A stretch of DNA of 64,000 nt from the human T2T-CHM13v2.0 reference genome, Homo sapiens, in NCBI RefSeq assembly GCF_009914755.1, contig NC_060941.1. One strand, written 5' to 3'. Of the stretch, positions 1-14,490 are shown one piece after another (the stretch's first letter is position 1; each line of letters begins with the position of its first letter). Below the pieces are notes generated by a model. The model did no database searches. It saw only the letters and a list, made by a program, of their open reading frames with translations, and was not told where the DNA came from. A program made the translations under genes and the position numbers.

Positions 1-927
1 TAAACAGATATCTTATGAAACATTCTTGCTTTTGAGAAGTTTGTAGACTTTTATGGAAATACATGTCTAACAATAAGGTTTAGATTATTTGTTTTGCTTT
101 AATGTAAAACCAAAACTCCTTAAGGATGTTTCCTATACACACAAATATCAGGTGCATGTGGTTTGTGGGCATGGGGATCGAGAGATAACCAAGAGAAAGT
201 GATTTCTACATCTGGGTTAGTGGGTAGTTGAGGAAGAGCATCATTTGGGGAGTAAAATGCAAATAAACTGAAAGCCAGAACTAAAGTTCTCATGAGAAAT
301 CCACAGGAACTAGAAAATATTTAGGCAAGAATATTTGAGCTCATACAAGATATGGGCTAGAGGGGTTAAGCCAAATGTATAATAGTACCAAATTAAAAAC
401 AGGCCTGACACCACTAAATTCAGAGGATAAAATTTCAAATTGGCATAAAGACCTGGAGTATTATGATAAAATTTTAAGCAGAAGTCTCCACACCTCTATA
501 ATTTTTATCTGTGTTATATTCAGATATCTTTGATAGAAAGCTTAGACTCATAGAGAAGTATATGATGTAACATGTAATTTTAGATATCCTAAATTTTATG
601 AGTTGATTTTCTAAATTCTGAAGTTAAACTGAAAAATATTTTACAAAATATATACCTTATTATAAAAATAATATATTACTATAAACTTGCTCTGAAAAAA
701 ATAAAGTGCTGTAATTAAAGAAGAACATTGAGAGGATCCAGGAGCTATATAAAATGGAAACATTAGCAATTTATTAATCAGTGACAAATGAATTTTTAAA
801 ATATAATAATTGAATTAGCACTGCCAATTCCAGAAGTCTCACTACGCACACTTACCTCTGGCTCACACAACATTTCATTGAAATGATAGAACAAACTCTA
901 AAAATAGGTATAAATTTAGAGCAGCTC

Positions 928-1434
928 TGATGTCAAAGAAAAATTACACAGGATGGAGTTAAATGGGGAAGATTTTATTTAAGACTATTGCAATAGGGGA
1001 GATAGACTGAATTCAATTGTGCTTAAAGAAAAAATAGGAGTTTTTAAATGCTGTGCTAAGCTAGTGGAAAGGGTACTCCAAGACATCCAAGAGATTAGTG
1101 AGTATGATTAGGACATCAGTATTTGCTAACTAATTATTGAAATTAGGCTCCCGGCTTCTCACAGAGATTGGGATATAAGAGCACTATTTCCTTCCTTCCG
1201 TGATTATGTTTCTAGGAAGTGGCTCTCAGGGCCTTGAGCAAGACATTCCTGGGTTTTAAGAGTAACTAGAGGTTCAAGGAAAATTCATATCTTAACTAAG
1301 CAGAGAAAAAAAAAATGCAATTTTAAGTTTTCTGAAGTAGAGGCTCTAAGAAAAGGGAGGTCAGGGATCCAGAGTCAGGAAGAAGCCTGTCTAAAGTTTA
1401 GTAAAGCTGAGGGGAATTAACACCATCTTGGTCA
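928..1434 (-). mobile_element. ERV1 solo LTR, MER67-like
   Basis: TG...CA ends; reverse complement starts TGACCAAGATGGTGTTAATTCCCCTCAGCTTTACTAAACTTTAGACAGGCTTCTTCCTGACTC, like MER67/MER31-group LTRs; no clear TSD. Confidence 0.6.
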
Positions 1435-2228
1435 CTAGAAAACCAGAAATGGTTTCACTAAGAGACAAAGAGTTAAAGAAATTCTAGATAACAAAAGGAA
1501 ATATATTGACTTCACCAGAAAACTCAATAGACAGTGCAGCCTGAGAATCTCTACAGGAAAGAGAGAGAAACTAAAGAAGAAAGTTTTTCCTGAAAAAGCC
1601 ACGGCCTAACCTCAAATCAAAGCCAGTCGGATTGAAAAAATTCAGTGAGCCATCAGGCAGGTGCCATGTAATTAATTAAAGACCACAGGAACAGCTGCAG
1701 GAGGCTCCTCTCTGAGAAGCTGCCCTCAGGTTAAATCTCAGATAGTCTTCTCTATTTAATGGCAGAAAACACCCAGCATGAGCTTTGATTCTAGAGAGAA
1801 AAAGAGGAGTTTCTCAAATAACTTTCGACTGCACTCAGGAGACAGATGCTGTGTGGACCTGCCAGTCCTTCTTTGTCCCACCCTTCTCTGCATGACCATA
1901 CTAGCAGAATCTTAAAATCAGTATTTGTATTCTCTACCAGCACAATATAGATTTTTCTCTTGTTGGGTACACGCAATGCCGACCGAACTAGTCTTATTTA
2001 TAAATGTGAAAAACTATGCCATAATCACTAAGCAGTCATATTAAACAATCAGAACTGACCACTGAACAAAACAGTTATTGCAAGAATCAGAAGACGTGCT
2101 CAAATTAATTATAAATAGCATCCTCTGAGAAATTCAGAATGATTTCACATTTATTAAAAATTAACTGATCACTATTTAAAGACCAATCAGAATCTTTTGC
2201 TGTTAAAATGAACATAATGGGGAGGGGG

Positions 2229-2812
2229 TGTATGGTAGGGAACCTTTAAGATGTCTCCCAATGATTCCCCCCTCCTGGTAGTTATGCCTTTATGTAATTT
2301 CTTACCTTTGAGTATTGTTTGGATTTAGCAATTCTAATAAATGGATATAGCAAACATGATAGATAACACTTGCAAGGCTAGGTTACAGAGAGACTGTGGT
2401 TTCCAGCATGTGGTACTTCTTTTGCTGTATTACTTGCTTACTATGAGGAAAGTCAGCTGCCATGTTGTGAGTTGCCCTACGAAGAAGCACACATCGCAAA
2501 AAGCTGATGGAGTCCTCCAGCCAATAGTTAGTGAAAAACTGAGGATCTCTCTCCAACAGCCCATGAAAAACTGAACCTTGCTAACAATCACATGAGTGAG
2601 CTTGAAAGTAGATACTCCTTCAATTGAGCCTTTAAATAAGACTTCAGCCCTGGCCACATCTTGACTGCAGTCTTGCGGGATAATTTAAGGCAGAGGAAGC
2701 AAGTGAAGCCATGCCTGTATTCCAGAAACACAGAAACTATGAGATAATTGTTTTCTTTTTTAAGATATCAGGTTTTGGAGCAATTTGTTCTGAAGCAGCA
2801 GATAAGTCATAT
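2229..2812 (+). mobile_element. MaLR LTR, MLT1F-like
   Basis: starts tatggtagggaacctttaagatgtctcccaatgattccccctcctggta; MLT1-type end gcagcagataagtcata. Confidence 0.7.
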
Positions 2813-2964
2813 GGGTAGATGGAAAAAAAGAGAGCAGGCAGGTGGAAACTTGACTCAAGGTCAAATGGTAGAACGACTGTAGCTGAAAATTAAGTTAAAG
2901 AACCAGAAGATTAAGACAGATAATTTCCTCAAAACACAGGCAAAAGAAAAAAGCAGAAAAAACT

Positions 2965-3940
2965 ACATATATACATATATAAATAGATATACATTAATTA
3001 TATACATACACATTATATATTAATGTATATATGTATACATATACACATACACATAGGTATATATATTATATATACATACACAGGTATATATAATATATGT
3101 ATATATACATTATACACACGTATGTATATACAATATATGTATATATACACGTGTATATATACAATATATGTATATATACACGTGTGTATATATTATATAT
3201 GTATATATGCACGTGTGTATAAATTATATATGTACATATACACGTGTGTATATATTACATATGTATATATACACGTGTGTATACATTACATATGATATAT
3301 ACACGTGTGTATATATTACATATGTATATATACACGTGTGTATACATTACATATGTATATATACACGTGTGTATACATTACATATGATATATACACGTGT
3401 GTATATATTACATATGTATATATACACGTGTGTATATATACATATGTATATATACACGTGTGTATATATACATATGTATATATACACGTGTGTATATATA
3501 CATATGTATATATACACGTGTGTATATATTATATATGTATATATACACATATGTGTATATATTATATATGTATATATACACATATGTGTATATATTATAT
3601 ATGTATATATACACATATGTGTATATATTATATATGTATATATACGCATGTGTATATATTATATATGTATATATATGCATATGTATATATGTGTATATAT
3701 GTATATATGTGTATATATGTATATACATATATGTGTATATATGTATATATGTGTATATATGTATATGCATATATGGGTATATATATATGTGTATATATGT
3801 ATATACATATATAATCTATATATTAATACATAGGCATATAAATATGTATATATGTATATGTAATTTTGTATATATGTAATTTTGTATATATGTATGTGTA
3901 TATATGTATTAGAAAATTACATATAGATATTATATATAAA
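2965..3940. repeat. Compound (TA/CA/TG)n low-complexity repeat with a ~30-31 bp minisatellite
   Basis: unit tatacacgtgtgtatatatacatatgtata repeated exactly at 3421-3510; degenerate units on both sides. Confidence 0.97.
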
Positions 3941-3959
3941 GTTAAGAGATGTGAAGAAT

Positions 3960-4450
3960 ACATGTAAGAAGTCAATGAATATTTATTTCCCACCAAATAA
4001 ATCACTGGAAAAATAATTTTTAAAATTACTAATCTGAACAGTTTTGAGTCTTTATGTGAAAAGGGCCAATGAGTACTAAAATTATAATTGAAAAAAAAAA
4101 CACCTAGAGACATTGTGATGAAATTTGTTAATGCCCAGGAACAAATGGAAAATTCCATAAACTAACAGACAGAGTAAGAAAATAATAAAAATTTCCAGTA
4201 TTACAGAAAACATTAAATCATGCCTATAAAGGGCTTATGGAAAATATTTTAGACTCATCTAAATTATGTTCAATTATGAATGCAAAAGAAATACATTTTC
4301 ATAAATTCAAGGAATCAGGCAGCTGAAAACTAATTCCTTCCCCTTGATTAATTATTAAAGTATGCTCTCCAGCAAAACAAAAAACTGAATCGAAGAAAAG
4401 AGAATGAAGAAGAACATATAAATAGTAAAATACATAATTAACTCCAAACT
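3960..4450 (+). mobile_element. Old L1/HAL1 ORF1 remnant
   Basis: A-rich; cacctagagacattgtgatgaaattt reads PRDIVMKF, like the L1 ORF1 PRHI motif. Confidence 0.45.
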
Positions 4451-4730
4451 ATATGGATAACTCATTTATGAAGTTCATAAAATGGAAGACTCTTCAGTTT
4501 TAAATAGCAGATTGACTGAACATGTTTTATCACTCATTTCTCCATTTTTCCGGAGACCTCACTAGAATTATGATAAATAAATACAAAAGCATCAGCACAC
4601 AAGAAATGGGGAAAAGGATATCTACATTTTTGTAGATTTGAAGATTTTAACCAAAATTTTTAATGACTAAAAGCAAGTAGAGAAACAGGAACTGATTTAC
4701 AATGGCAGAGGAAGCCATAGACTACGGAGA

Positions 4731-5253
4731 CATGGTCCCAACCTTTTTGGCACCAGAGGCCAGTTACATGGAAGACAATTTTTCCACGGACTGGAGTGAT
4801 GGAGCAGATGGTTTCAGGATGATTCAAGCATATTACATTTATTGTGTACTTTATTTCTATTATTGCACTATAATATATAATGAAATAATTACACAACTCA
4901 CAATAATGTAGAATCAGTGGGAGCCCTGAACTCTTTTCCCTGCCACCCTGCAACTAGACAGTCCCATCTGGGGGTAATGAGAAACAGTGACAGATCATCA
5001 GGCATTAGATTCTCATAAAGAGCACATAACCTAGATCCCTTGCATGTGCAGTTCACAACAGGGCTCGTGCTCCTATGAGAATGTAATGCCGCCACTTATC
5101 TGACAGGAGGCGAAGCTCAGGTGGTACTGTGAGTGATGGGCAGTGGCTGTAAATACAAATGAAGCTTTGCTCACTTGCCACTTGCCAGCCAGTCACCTCC
5201 TGCTGTGCAGTCCAGTCCATAACAGGCCATGGATAGGGGTGTGGGGACCCCCG
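4731..5253. mobile_element. MER1A (hAT-Charlie) DNA transposon
   Basis: terminal inverted repeats catggtcccaacc...ggggacccccg; internal ttttggcaccag...gaagacaatttttccacggac; ~520 bp. Confidence 0.85.
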
Positions 5254-5879
5254 CTGCAGGGCATGCTGTACAGAATATGGAAAGAAAAGAATTTATCATA
5301 GTAGCCTGGCAAAATCTTCTATTTTAGAATTCAGAAATTTGATATAGGAGAAGGCCGAAATTAGCTGACAGGCTGAAATCAGGAGGATTCACTTAGAAGT
5401 CAGTATACAACACAGGCTAACCCTCCTCACCTCAGCCAGCTACCACCCTGGCTCTCTTTTTAGGTACAAAATCAAAGGTGTTTCTTCAGGAGAAACTGAG
5501 CAAAGACTCAAGGCTCTAAGAAAATCTGAAAACCAGAGATTTAAGTTAAAGTCTTAGATCTTAATTCCCTAAGATACACAGAATGCCAGCAACTGGGCAT
5601 TTATACCCCAAGATGCTGATCAATTATTGCTTTTCTATCTCCCCAGTTGAATAATCCCCGGGGAGGATGGGGGAACTTAGCATATTGGCACTTGAAGATT
5701 CTGCAGCAAAATGGGAAATTTCCAGCCTCAACATCCTACAGCTGAAGCCACAAGTAGAACACTCACAGTCATAAGCATGGAGCTTAGCTTTAAAATTAGC
5801 TTTTAAAATGTGTGTTCTTAGATACACATTTTTCTGTTTTTTTATAAAAAGTTAGCAGTCTAGAAAGAGATACGAAATT

Positions 5880-7100
5880 TCTCATCTTAATAAAAGATAA
5901 CTATCGGAATTCTACAACAAACATCAAAACATTTTGTAACATTTTCAACCAAACCACTATAAAAAAATATTAGCAGGGAAAAGATTTATCTCACATTTGT
6001 AAGTGATATGATTTTTTTCTATGAATTTCCAGATAGCTAAACAGCGATTAAAAATATAAAGAATGTAATAAGGTGATTGAGTACAAAAAAAGTAAAATAA
6101 CTGATTTTATATTTATTTTATTCATTTTATATTGCAATAATCAAGTAGAAAATAAATCTTAAAAAATTAACACCACCTACTGGTACATCAACTGTTAAAG
6201 ACAACAAAGACAGAACTCTAGGAATAAATAAAAAAATGTGCTAGAGTTATCTGAGAATTTATTAATTTTATAGAGCTTAAAAGAAGAATTGTGTAAATAA
6301 GGAGATATTTTACAATGCTGAGAATCTGACGTTTCAGTACCATAAAGAAGACATGAGGTACAGAAGGACAATATTCTGTCTGCTTTCTCCAACCATCATA
6401 CCCCACTGTCTACTTCAGTGCCTTGTGGCATTAGTTTTTATATTGATTACATGTTGAAATGATTAATATTTTAATCATATTTAGCTAAATAAGATATTGT
6501 TAAAATTAATTTTACCTGTTTCTCTTTTTTCAGTTGACTTTTAGAAAATTTTAAATTCTATATGTAATTCAATTCTGACATATAGATGTCAATCAAAAAT
6601 GATATGCTTAGTGAATTAATGAAAAATGAATGATGATTTCTCCAAAATCTATGAATGTAAATAATTCAATTTCAAAGAAAAGTCCAATGTGGTTTTTAAG
6701 AAACTCTTTAAGCTGACTTAAAGTTTGTCTAAAACATTAAATGTGCAAGAATTGTCAATTATACAACAAACAGACATTTGTCCTCCCAGACAGGACAAAT
6801 ACTCTGACACCACAGTTATTACTACTACAGTTCATGTAAGGTATACTAGTTGATAAATAAATAAAGAAAAATATAGAATCCTGAAAAAGATCTATCACAT
6901 TTATTCACATAAGGATGTGATGAATTTGGCATTTGGTGTAGAAAGCTAAATTATTCCATAAATGTGGATGTGATAGTTATCTATTGGAGGAAATAGAGTT
7001 AAAGCCATATTTTAAAATATTAAAAATTAAATTATAGATTAATTATCTAGCCAAAGTCACTCAAATGACCATAAAATATCCTGGGAAAAAAAATCAGAAT
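5880..7100 (+). mobile_element. Highly diverged L1M ORF2 fragments, with a MER3-like fragment at ~6450-6580
   Basis: A-rich L1-like text (aaataaatcttaaaaaattaacaccacc, ataattcaatttcaaagaaaagtccaatg); MER3-like acatgttgaaatgattaatatttt. Confidence 0.45.
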
Positions 7101-7111
7101 AGGTTTGGACT

Positions 7112-9910
7112 GTTATTCATTTATTCAACCACATTTATTGACTATTGACTATGTAAAAAATAAAAGGAAAGGATAGAAATCTTTGCCCTTAGAGGCTTGC
7201 ATTATACCAAAGGAAAAGACTTTAAACTCTAAATATAGCACGTTAATTAACATTATGTTAAAAGGTGACAGAATCAAGGGAGAAAAAATGGATTAGAAGT
7301 TTCAGGACAGGGATGGAAGTGGGGGTAGAAGGGAGGGTGGGTGAAATTTTACATAAAGCTGTCAATCCTCAGAAGTCACACTTAAACACAGGAGGGAAGG
7401 AGATGCTGCTCTCCAGGGGAAGAGCAATTCAGACACAGGAAAGAGCCAGTTCCATGGCCTTAAGTAGAAGTGACTAAGGGAGTAGTATAGATGTGCCAGG
7501 TATAAGCCATGGGAAATTAGAAGCCATTATATGTATCTGTTTTTTATGCTCAGCCAGATGTAACACCACTAAGCTTTTTCAGGAGAGGAATTACAGATGT
7601 GACATGTTTTAAAACAATTACTCTGGCTGCTGTATTAAGGGGCGCCTATGGCACTCTAAATGAGAATGTGTTTCTAGGCAAGAAGTTACAGTGAAGATGA
7701 CCAGAAGCTAACAGTTTCTCATTATTTTTTAAAGGTCATGCCAACAGAAATTTCTGATGGATTTGAGTATAAGAGGAGAGTTAAGATTAACTTCAAGGGT
7801 TCGGGCCTGAGAATAATCAGCCAAAAAGACAAGTCAGTGGATAGAGGAGGATTTTCAGGAAAGATCAACAGTAGTTAAAGATGATTATTAGACATCCAAA
7901 TAGATATGCCAAATAAAGAGTTGGATTTAAAACTTTTGAAGTCAGAAGAGAGACCTGGGCTGGGTTGGGCTGGGTTGGGCTGGGTTGGAACATGAGAATG
8001 GAATTTAAAGACATGAAACTGGTAGACTCAAGGAAGAGTGTGTAGATAAAGAAGAGAAGAGGGTTAGAGAGAGAGCCTTGAATTATCACAACATTAATAC
8101 ATCTAAGAGGATGAGAAAATGAGAAAGACTCACCAAAGAAGGCCAAGAAGGAGTAATCAGTAAGGAGGAAAGAAAACAGAGGTGACGTCTCAGAGCCAGG
8201 AGAAGCTAATAGCTTAAGAAGGAAAATGTAATCAACTGTAATAAAAGATGTTTAGCAAGATCAAATATAACAAATACTAAGAATATATCACTGGATTTAG
8301 CACAATCAAGTTCTTCATGACCTTTAAGGCATTTTGGTTTAGTAGGTGAGCTAAAACTCTCCGAGTAGTTTACCAGCTAATATGTAGTGAGGGGAGATGA
8401 ACTGGAACTTGAGAGCAGAGAGGTCTCTTTTGAGGAGTTTGGCTGCAATGTCAATCTCTGAAAAGGGCAGTGTGCATAGTGGGGGAGGTGTAACTTTTAA
8501 AGGTGTTTTTTATTTGTTTGATTAAGATGCAAGAAATAACAGCATGTTTGTAGGCTGGAGTGAATGATCCAGTACAAGGGGGAAATTTGATGATGCAGGG
8601 GAGACAAAGTGAAAAATTGCTGGAGTAGAAATTCCTTAAGAATTTATTAAGCAGTTAAGAGGAAATGAAATTCATTGCCCAACTCAGGGAATTAGCTTTG
8701 GATAAGTGTGTGAATAGTTAATCCATACTAAAAAGTAAAAGGGATGGATATGTGGGCATAGATGCCAATAAGTAGGTAGATAATGATGGTAGAAGTCTAT
8801 GGAAGTTATTTTCTTTTTTTTTTTTTTTTTTACTCACCTCAGTAAAAAAGATAATCATCTGATGATAAGGCTGGTGGAGCTGATGTCAGAGGTTTGAGAA
8901 GGAAGAACAAAGTGTGAATGGACTTATAAGAAACTAGGAAGTGAATGAACCAGGGAGATATTCTATGATTTGTGTAGCAACTTTAAGAGCTTATCTGGCA
9001 CTTGTAGTCATAAATTTTAAATGAGACCTATCAACATGATTCCATATTTCTATGCAACCATAATTATTTGCATTGGTACAGATGCAAAGCTGGCAAAAGG
9101 TTGGATTTACCAGAGTTGTGATTTTGTCAAGTAAGTTTCCAAATTGAAAGAAGAACAATGGAATAAAGAATATATTCAAGGGAATAAATAAAATGATTGG
9201 CCATGGAATTGAATTTGGATAAAGAGGAAAAAAAGGACATCCAGTGGTACATTGAAGAACAGAGAAGAGGTGGTAAGACAAATGGATGGGAGGTCTAATT
9301 TGAGTGGTGGAATTGTTGAAATTGTGGTCATAGAGGAGTGAGCTGAAAAGTGAGGTTGTGCACAAAATTGAAATTATGTCCAGGTTTCAATTATGGGTAA
9401 TAACAAGTCCAGGGTGTGGCCATAGAGTAGTGATTTAAGTAGAGCAGTTGACAAGATGATCATAAAATAAGAGATCAAGTAACAGGCAGGTATCAGAATT
9501 GCAAATATCATGTATGTATATATTGAAGACAATAAGAAATAAGAGAGGCAAACTGCTCAGAAGGAACTAAAATGTGGAGAAATGGGGGTAGATAGGGTAG
9601 GTAAATTACACCATTAATTATAGATAATAGATAATATAGTCTAAAGGGCATGAGATTTTAAGCTAAAATTTTAAGGAAGAGGAAGGAAGAAGGATCTGGA
9701 AATATGAAGGATGTGCTTAATGGTAAAAGATATAGAGATAGAAATAACCACCACTTAAGAGAAGTTGGGGAATGCCATACCCCAAGAGAGATCCAGGTTC
9801 AGGTTACAGCAAGAAAGAGAAAATAAAATCATGACAGAGTTTGAAGACATAGAGGATTTCACTGGTGATGAACAGTGAATTACATTGGTCCCAGTGAAAA
9901 AGGATTCAAG
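7112..9910 (-). mobile_element. LINE-2, nearly full-length decayed ORF2
   Basis: 3' tail ttattcatttattcaaccacatttattga at 7112; minus-strand remnants VNPTFCQLCICT...NHVDRSHLKFMTT (ORF 8991-9365) and the endonuclease motif FLAVT*TWIS (~9787-9816). Confidence 0.8.
7956..7988 (+). repeat. (TGGGY)n pentamer repeat, G-quadruplex motif
   Basis: tgggctgggttgggctgggttgggctgggttgg: six GGG runs with 2-nt loops. Confidence 0.85.
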
Positions 9911-10588
9911 AGTTGAGAGTGAGTGGAGGATAGAAGAGGAAATTTTCAGACTATATACAGGTTAGAATTTTAAAAATGAAAAGTGGCTGAGGTTGTGAGA
10001 ACTGATATAAAATGACAATAAGGGAGGAAAGGGCAAAATGAGATGATTTTGGTTTTCTCAAGGAAGATTGTGTTAAAGAGGTTAAGTCTGTAGGGAGATG
10101 GCAAATGATGGTTCTGGAGCTCTCTGACCTTATCAATGCTGGTTCAGTGTCTAAGAGAATGAGATGTTAATCTCAGTGCCTGTATGGGATGAACAAAATT
10201 TACCTGGAGCTTGGCATTCTCCATTACCAAGATGATGAAACTGAATTCCCCTGGGAAAAGACAGTAAATTTTTTTTAATCCCAATCCATGGAAGGTGCAG
10301 GTGGCAGGGGGCTGAGATCTGTTTTTGGGGCTTGCTCCTAACCAAGTAGGGGATGAGTTTCATTAAATTTGAATGACCAGGACCCCTGCTTGAGCTCTTT
10401 TGAAGGAGTTGATTTCTAATGGCTCTGACTGCTTAACTTGTATTAGGGAGTCTGAAGATGGAGGAACTTAGAATTTGATCAAGTAATCTAAGTGCGGCCG
10501 TTTAAGCACTCTCAAGTTGAATATTGGAGTAGTGATGCAAATGCTCAGGGTCACATGGAATTCATCCACCAAATTAAGAATGTGGCAA

Positions 10589-11355
10589 TGAAATGGGAGA
10601 GTTCCCTGGCCCCCCTCGCAGGACATGCAACAGGGAAGTGGCTGTTTGGCCACTGCAAGCCCAAACCCTTTACAGGAGGGGCAACACGCAGATGGGCAGA
10701 TGCAGGAACCAGGGCTAGCACTTTGGGGCACCAGCCCCATGGCAGCGTCTAGGAGTGGTTGTCTGCAACCCCAGTGTTACCAAGCTCTTTCAGCTTTGCT
10801 GTCTACAGATGTCTTGTGTGTTAATCAACTCAATGGACTCTCTGCCTTATCACAAGGGCAGAGGGCCAGTGTCATAGTCTTATGTATCCCGAGCTTTTGC
10901 CCAGTATCCTGTAAGAATCGGATCACACGTGGGCTCGAAGGATGAGTGCAAGGTTTTACTGAGTGGTGGAGGTGGCTCTCAGTGAGATTGATGGGGAGCC
11001 AGAGGAGGGAATGGAGTAGGAAGGTTGTCTTCCCCTGGAATCGGGCTGCCCAGTGGCCTCTTTTCCAACCGTCCCCAGCTGAACTCCCCTCAGCCTCCAG
11101 ATGTCCCCACTCTTCTCTCTTTTCCACTGCATTGTTCTACCATCACTGGTCTGCTGGTCTCTTCTGGAGCCTAGGGTTTGGGGCTTATATGGAGGCAGGA
11201 TAGGGTATGCAGCAGGCCAAAAGACAACTTTTTGGGTGTCAAAACAGAAATGCCTGTTCTTATTTAGGGCCATCAGTATCCAGGGTTGAGGGTGGGGCCT
11301 TTGACGGGGAACCACCCCTTTCAGTACAGTATTTCCCTGTCTCCTGTTCATATCA
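10589..11355 (-). mobile_element. ERV1 solo LTR, LTR1 family (LTR1/LTR27/LTR28 group)
   Basis: reverse complement begins TGATATGAACAGGAGACAGGGAAATACTG; TG...CA ends; perfect 4-bp TSD GCAA (10585-88 and 11356-59); 767 bp. Confidence 0.85.
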
Positions 11356-11535
11356 GCAATGAGTGTTCAGGGTAGTCAGTCTTCATAGAGGGCTAGCAAG
11401 AGTGACAGTTTCTCACAGTGGTTTCTTGAGCAAACCTTTTGAGTTCGGCTGCATGTGGCCTCCCTTGGTTTCTACTTAAGAGTCATTCATCAAACTTCTA
11501 ATAGGAATACTTCCTGCAACTCTTCTCATAAATCC

Positions 11536-12136
<601 letters not shown>

Positions 12137-12330
12137 GAAATCCTCTTATTTTTAAATAAATCAAAAAAGCTTCTGATATTTGCAGCCTTCTATTTTTTAA
12201 ATAAACCAAAGTAAGCTTCTGATATTTTCAGCAAATAGTATCCCTGGATATGAACAAGATCTAGCTAGTTTTCGAGCTTGTACACTTTTAGAAACTGACT
12301 CTAGTCCTTTCCTCAAGGAAAGGCAGTGTG

Positions 12331-12768
12331 TGCTATGGTTTGAATATGCCCCCCAAATTTCACATGTTGGAAACAACCCTTAATATGGCAGTATTGAAAG
12401 GTAAGGCTATTAAAAGGTAACTGGGTCATAGGGCAGAGACCTTATAAATGGACTAATCCATTTATGGATGAATGGATTGATGGGTTAATGGATTAATGGG
12501 TTATCATGTGAGTGGAACTGGTGGCTTTATAAGAAGACAAGATACCTGAACAAGTACATTAGCACACTCAGTCCCCTCATCATGTGACATCCTGCACCTC
12601 CTCAGGACTCTTCAGAGAGTCCCCACCAGAAAGAAAATTCTCACTAGATATGGGTTCTCAACGTGAAACCTCTCGGCCTTCATAACTGTAAGAAATAAAT
12701 TTCTTTTATTTGTAAATTACCCAGTTTCAGGTACTCTGTTATAAGCAGCAGAAAAATGAACTAATACA
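12331..12768 (+). mobile_element. MaLR solo LTR, MST family
   Basis: tgctatggtttgaatatg...gaactaataca; TSD gtgtg/gtatg. Confidence 0.85.
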
Positions 12769-13836
12769 GTATGCATTTTCAGTTTTAGAATTCTTGATGC
12801 TTTCCCATGGCTGTGCTCCTGAACAGAATTCACTGATAGTCTGACATTCTCCTCTACCCTTAGCACAGATTACACCAATCATGTTCAGCAGCTATTTCTT
12901 AAAGCAATAATGCTTGGATGAAATTGTGCCTGTAAACAAACAGCATTTAGTGAAAGCGTCACATATTATGAGTATTTATTCAATTACTAGAAAACAGGCC
13001 TGCTGGTTCTTACACCTGATAAGTAGGACATAGTTATTCTTTCCCCCACCCCCACCCATTCACTTTCTTAAATTATATTTTCTTAAAGAAAATAAATTTT
13101 AGCCTTCATTCTCATTGTTTTCATTGCCACCCATTGAGTTGATATAAAGCAAGAAGAAGACATGAAAAATCTTTGCAAAAAGTGGAATTTTTCAAAATAA
13201 GTAAATTACTTGGACTGTTATTTTGATTCACATGTGACATTTCTGACTTCAAATTAAAACATCAAATTATTCGCCAAACACGAATCTTGAGGTTTTTCAA
13301 TTGGTTAGTACAATCTGTCACCCCAAATTAAATTTCTAAAGGAGTGTGTCTTTGGATATTATATACTTCAGAGCTGACAGGGACACTATCTAATTAGCTA
13401 TTTATATGCAAAGCAGGGGAAGGGATAATTAGAGACATGGATTATGCAAAAGCAATCACACTGACAGAGGGCAAAAGAAACTGCGAACATATTGAATCAA
13501 ATTTGTTTTTATATTTCTACAGTTTATCACATTTCATTTGTATTATATTACATTTATGCATCATTTAACATGTTATAAATGAAGTAATATCCTAATCCAT
13601 TGATTGATTAAATATAAATCTTAGAAAATAAACTATCTATTGGACTACAAATATAATAAGCTTCAGTGGATAAAAGGCAATAAAGACCTACATTTAGAAA
13701 ATGCCTTCCTTAGAGTCAAGCTCCAATACTTTTTTCTCCAGAGACACAGGAAAAAAGATAAACATATTTAACTTTCTATCACTAATAGCGTAGTCAAGGT
13801 GCTTATCAAAATAAAAAAATCCTGGCTTATAAAACC

Positions 13837-14490
13837 TGTGCTAGTTAGTTATCTCCTGCTGCATAACACTCCACCCCAAACTTTTCGAGTAAAAAGGTAA
13901 ATATTTTATTATGCTCACAATGTTGTTGGTCAGAAAATTGAGAGTGACACAGAGAAGGTATCTTGTCTCTACTCCACTGTGACTGGGACCTCAGCTGAGA
14001 TAACTTAAATGAGTGGAAGTTGATTGGGCAATTTAACTATGGTCATGTATCTGGGGCTTCAGTTCTGGCTGTCGACCAGTTTCTTTGGTTTTTTCTGTGT
14101 TGCATCTGCTTAAGATAAAATGTCTAAGACGGCTTCTTCACTGACAGCCTTGCATGTAGGCTAGGATGGTTGGAATAGCTGGAATTGAATGGCCGTCTCT
14201 CCTCTTTTTCTCATGCAGCCTCCCCCATGGCTAGCTTGAGCTTCCTCACAGCATGATAATCTTAGGGCAATCCTTGCATAGTGGCTTACTTTCCCAGAGC
14301 AAACATTTTCATGAGAAGGATGGGGAAGTGGACAGTCTATTAAGGCTTGGACAAGGAAACCACCACAAGTATAATTCTACAATATTTTCTGGTGAAAATA
14401 TGCCAAGATTCAAGGAAAGAGGACATAGATTTCCATCTCTCAATGCAAGGCATGTCAAAGAATTTGCAACCATTTTTGATATGCTAAACA
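13837..14490 (-). mobile_element. MaLR LTR, MLT1 family
   Basis: tgtgctagttagttatctcctgctgcataacactccaccccaaac is a reverse MLT1 3' end. Confidence 0.65.

Noticed and set aside
3140-3660. Regular ~30-bp repeats suggesting a CRISPR array
   Set aside because: No unique spacers, no cas genes, primate context; it is a head-to-tail minisatellite.
3023-3879. Several 90-221 aa ORFs rich in Y/I/C/M/V/H
   Set aside because: Translation artefacts of the TA/CA/TG repeat; open in many frames on both strands.
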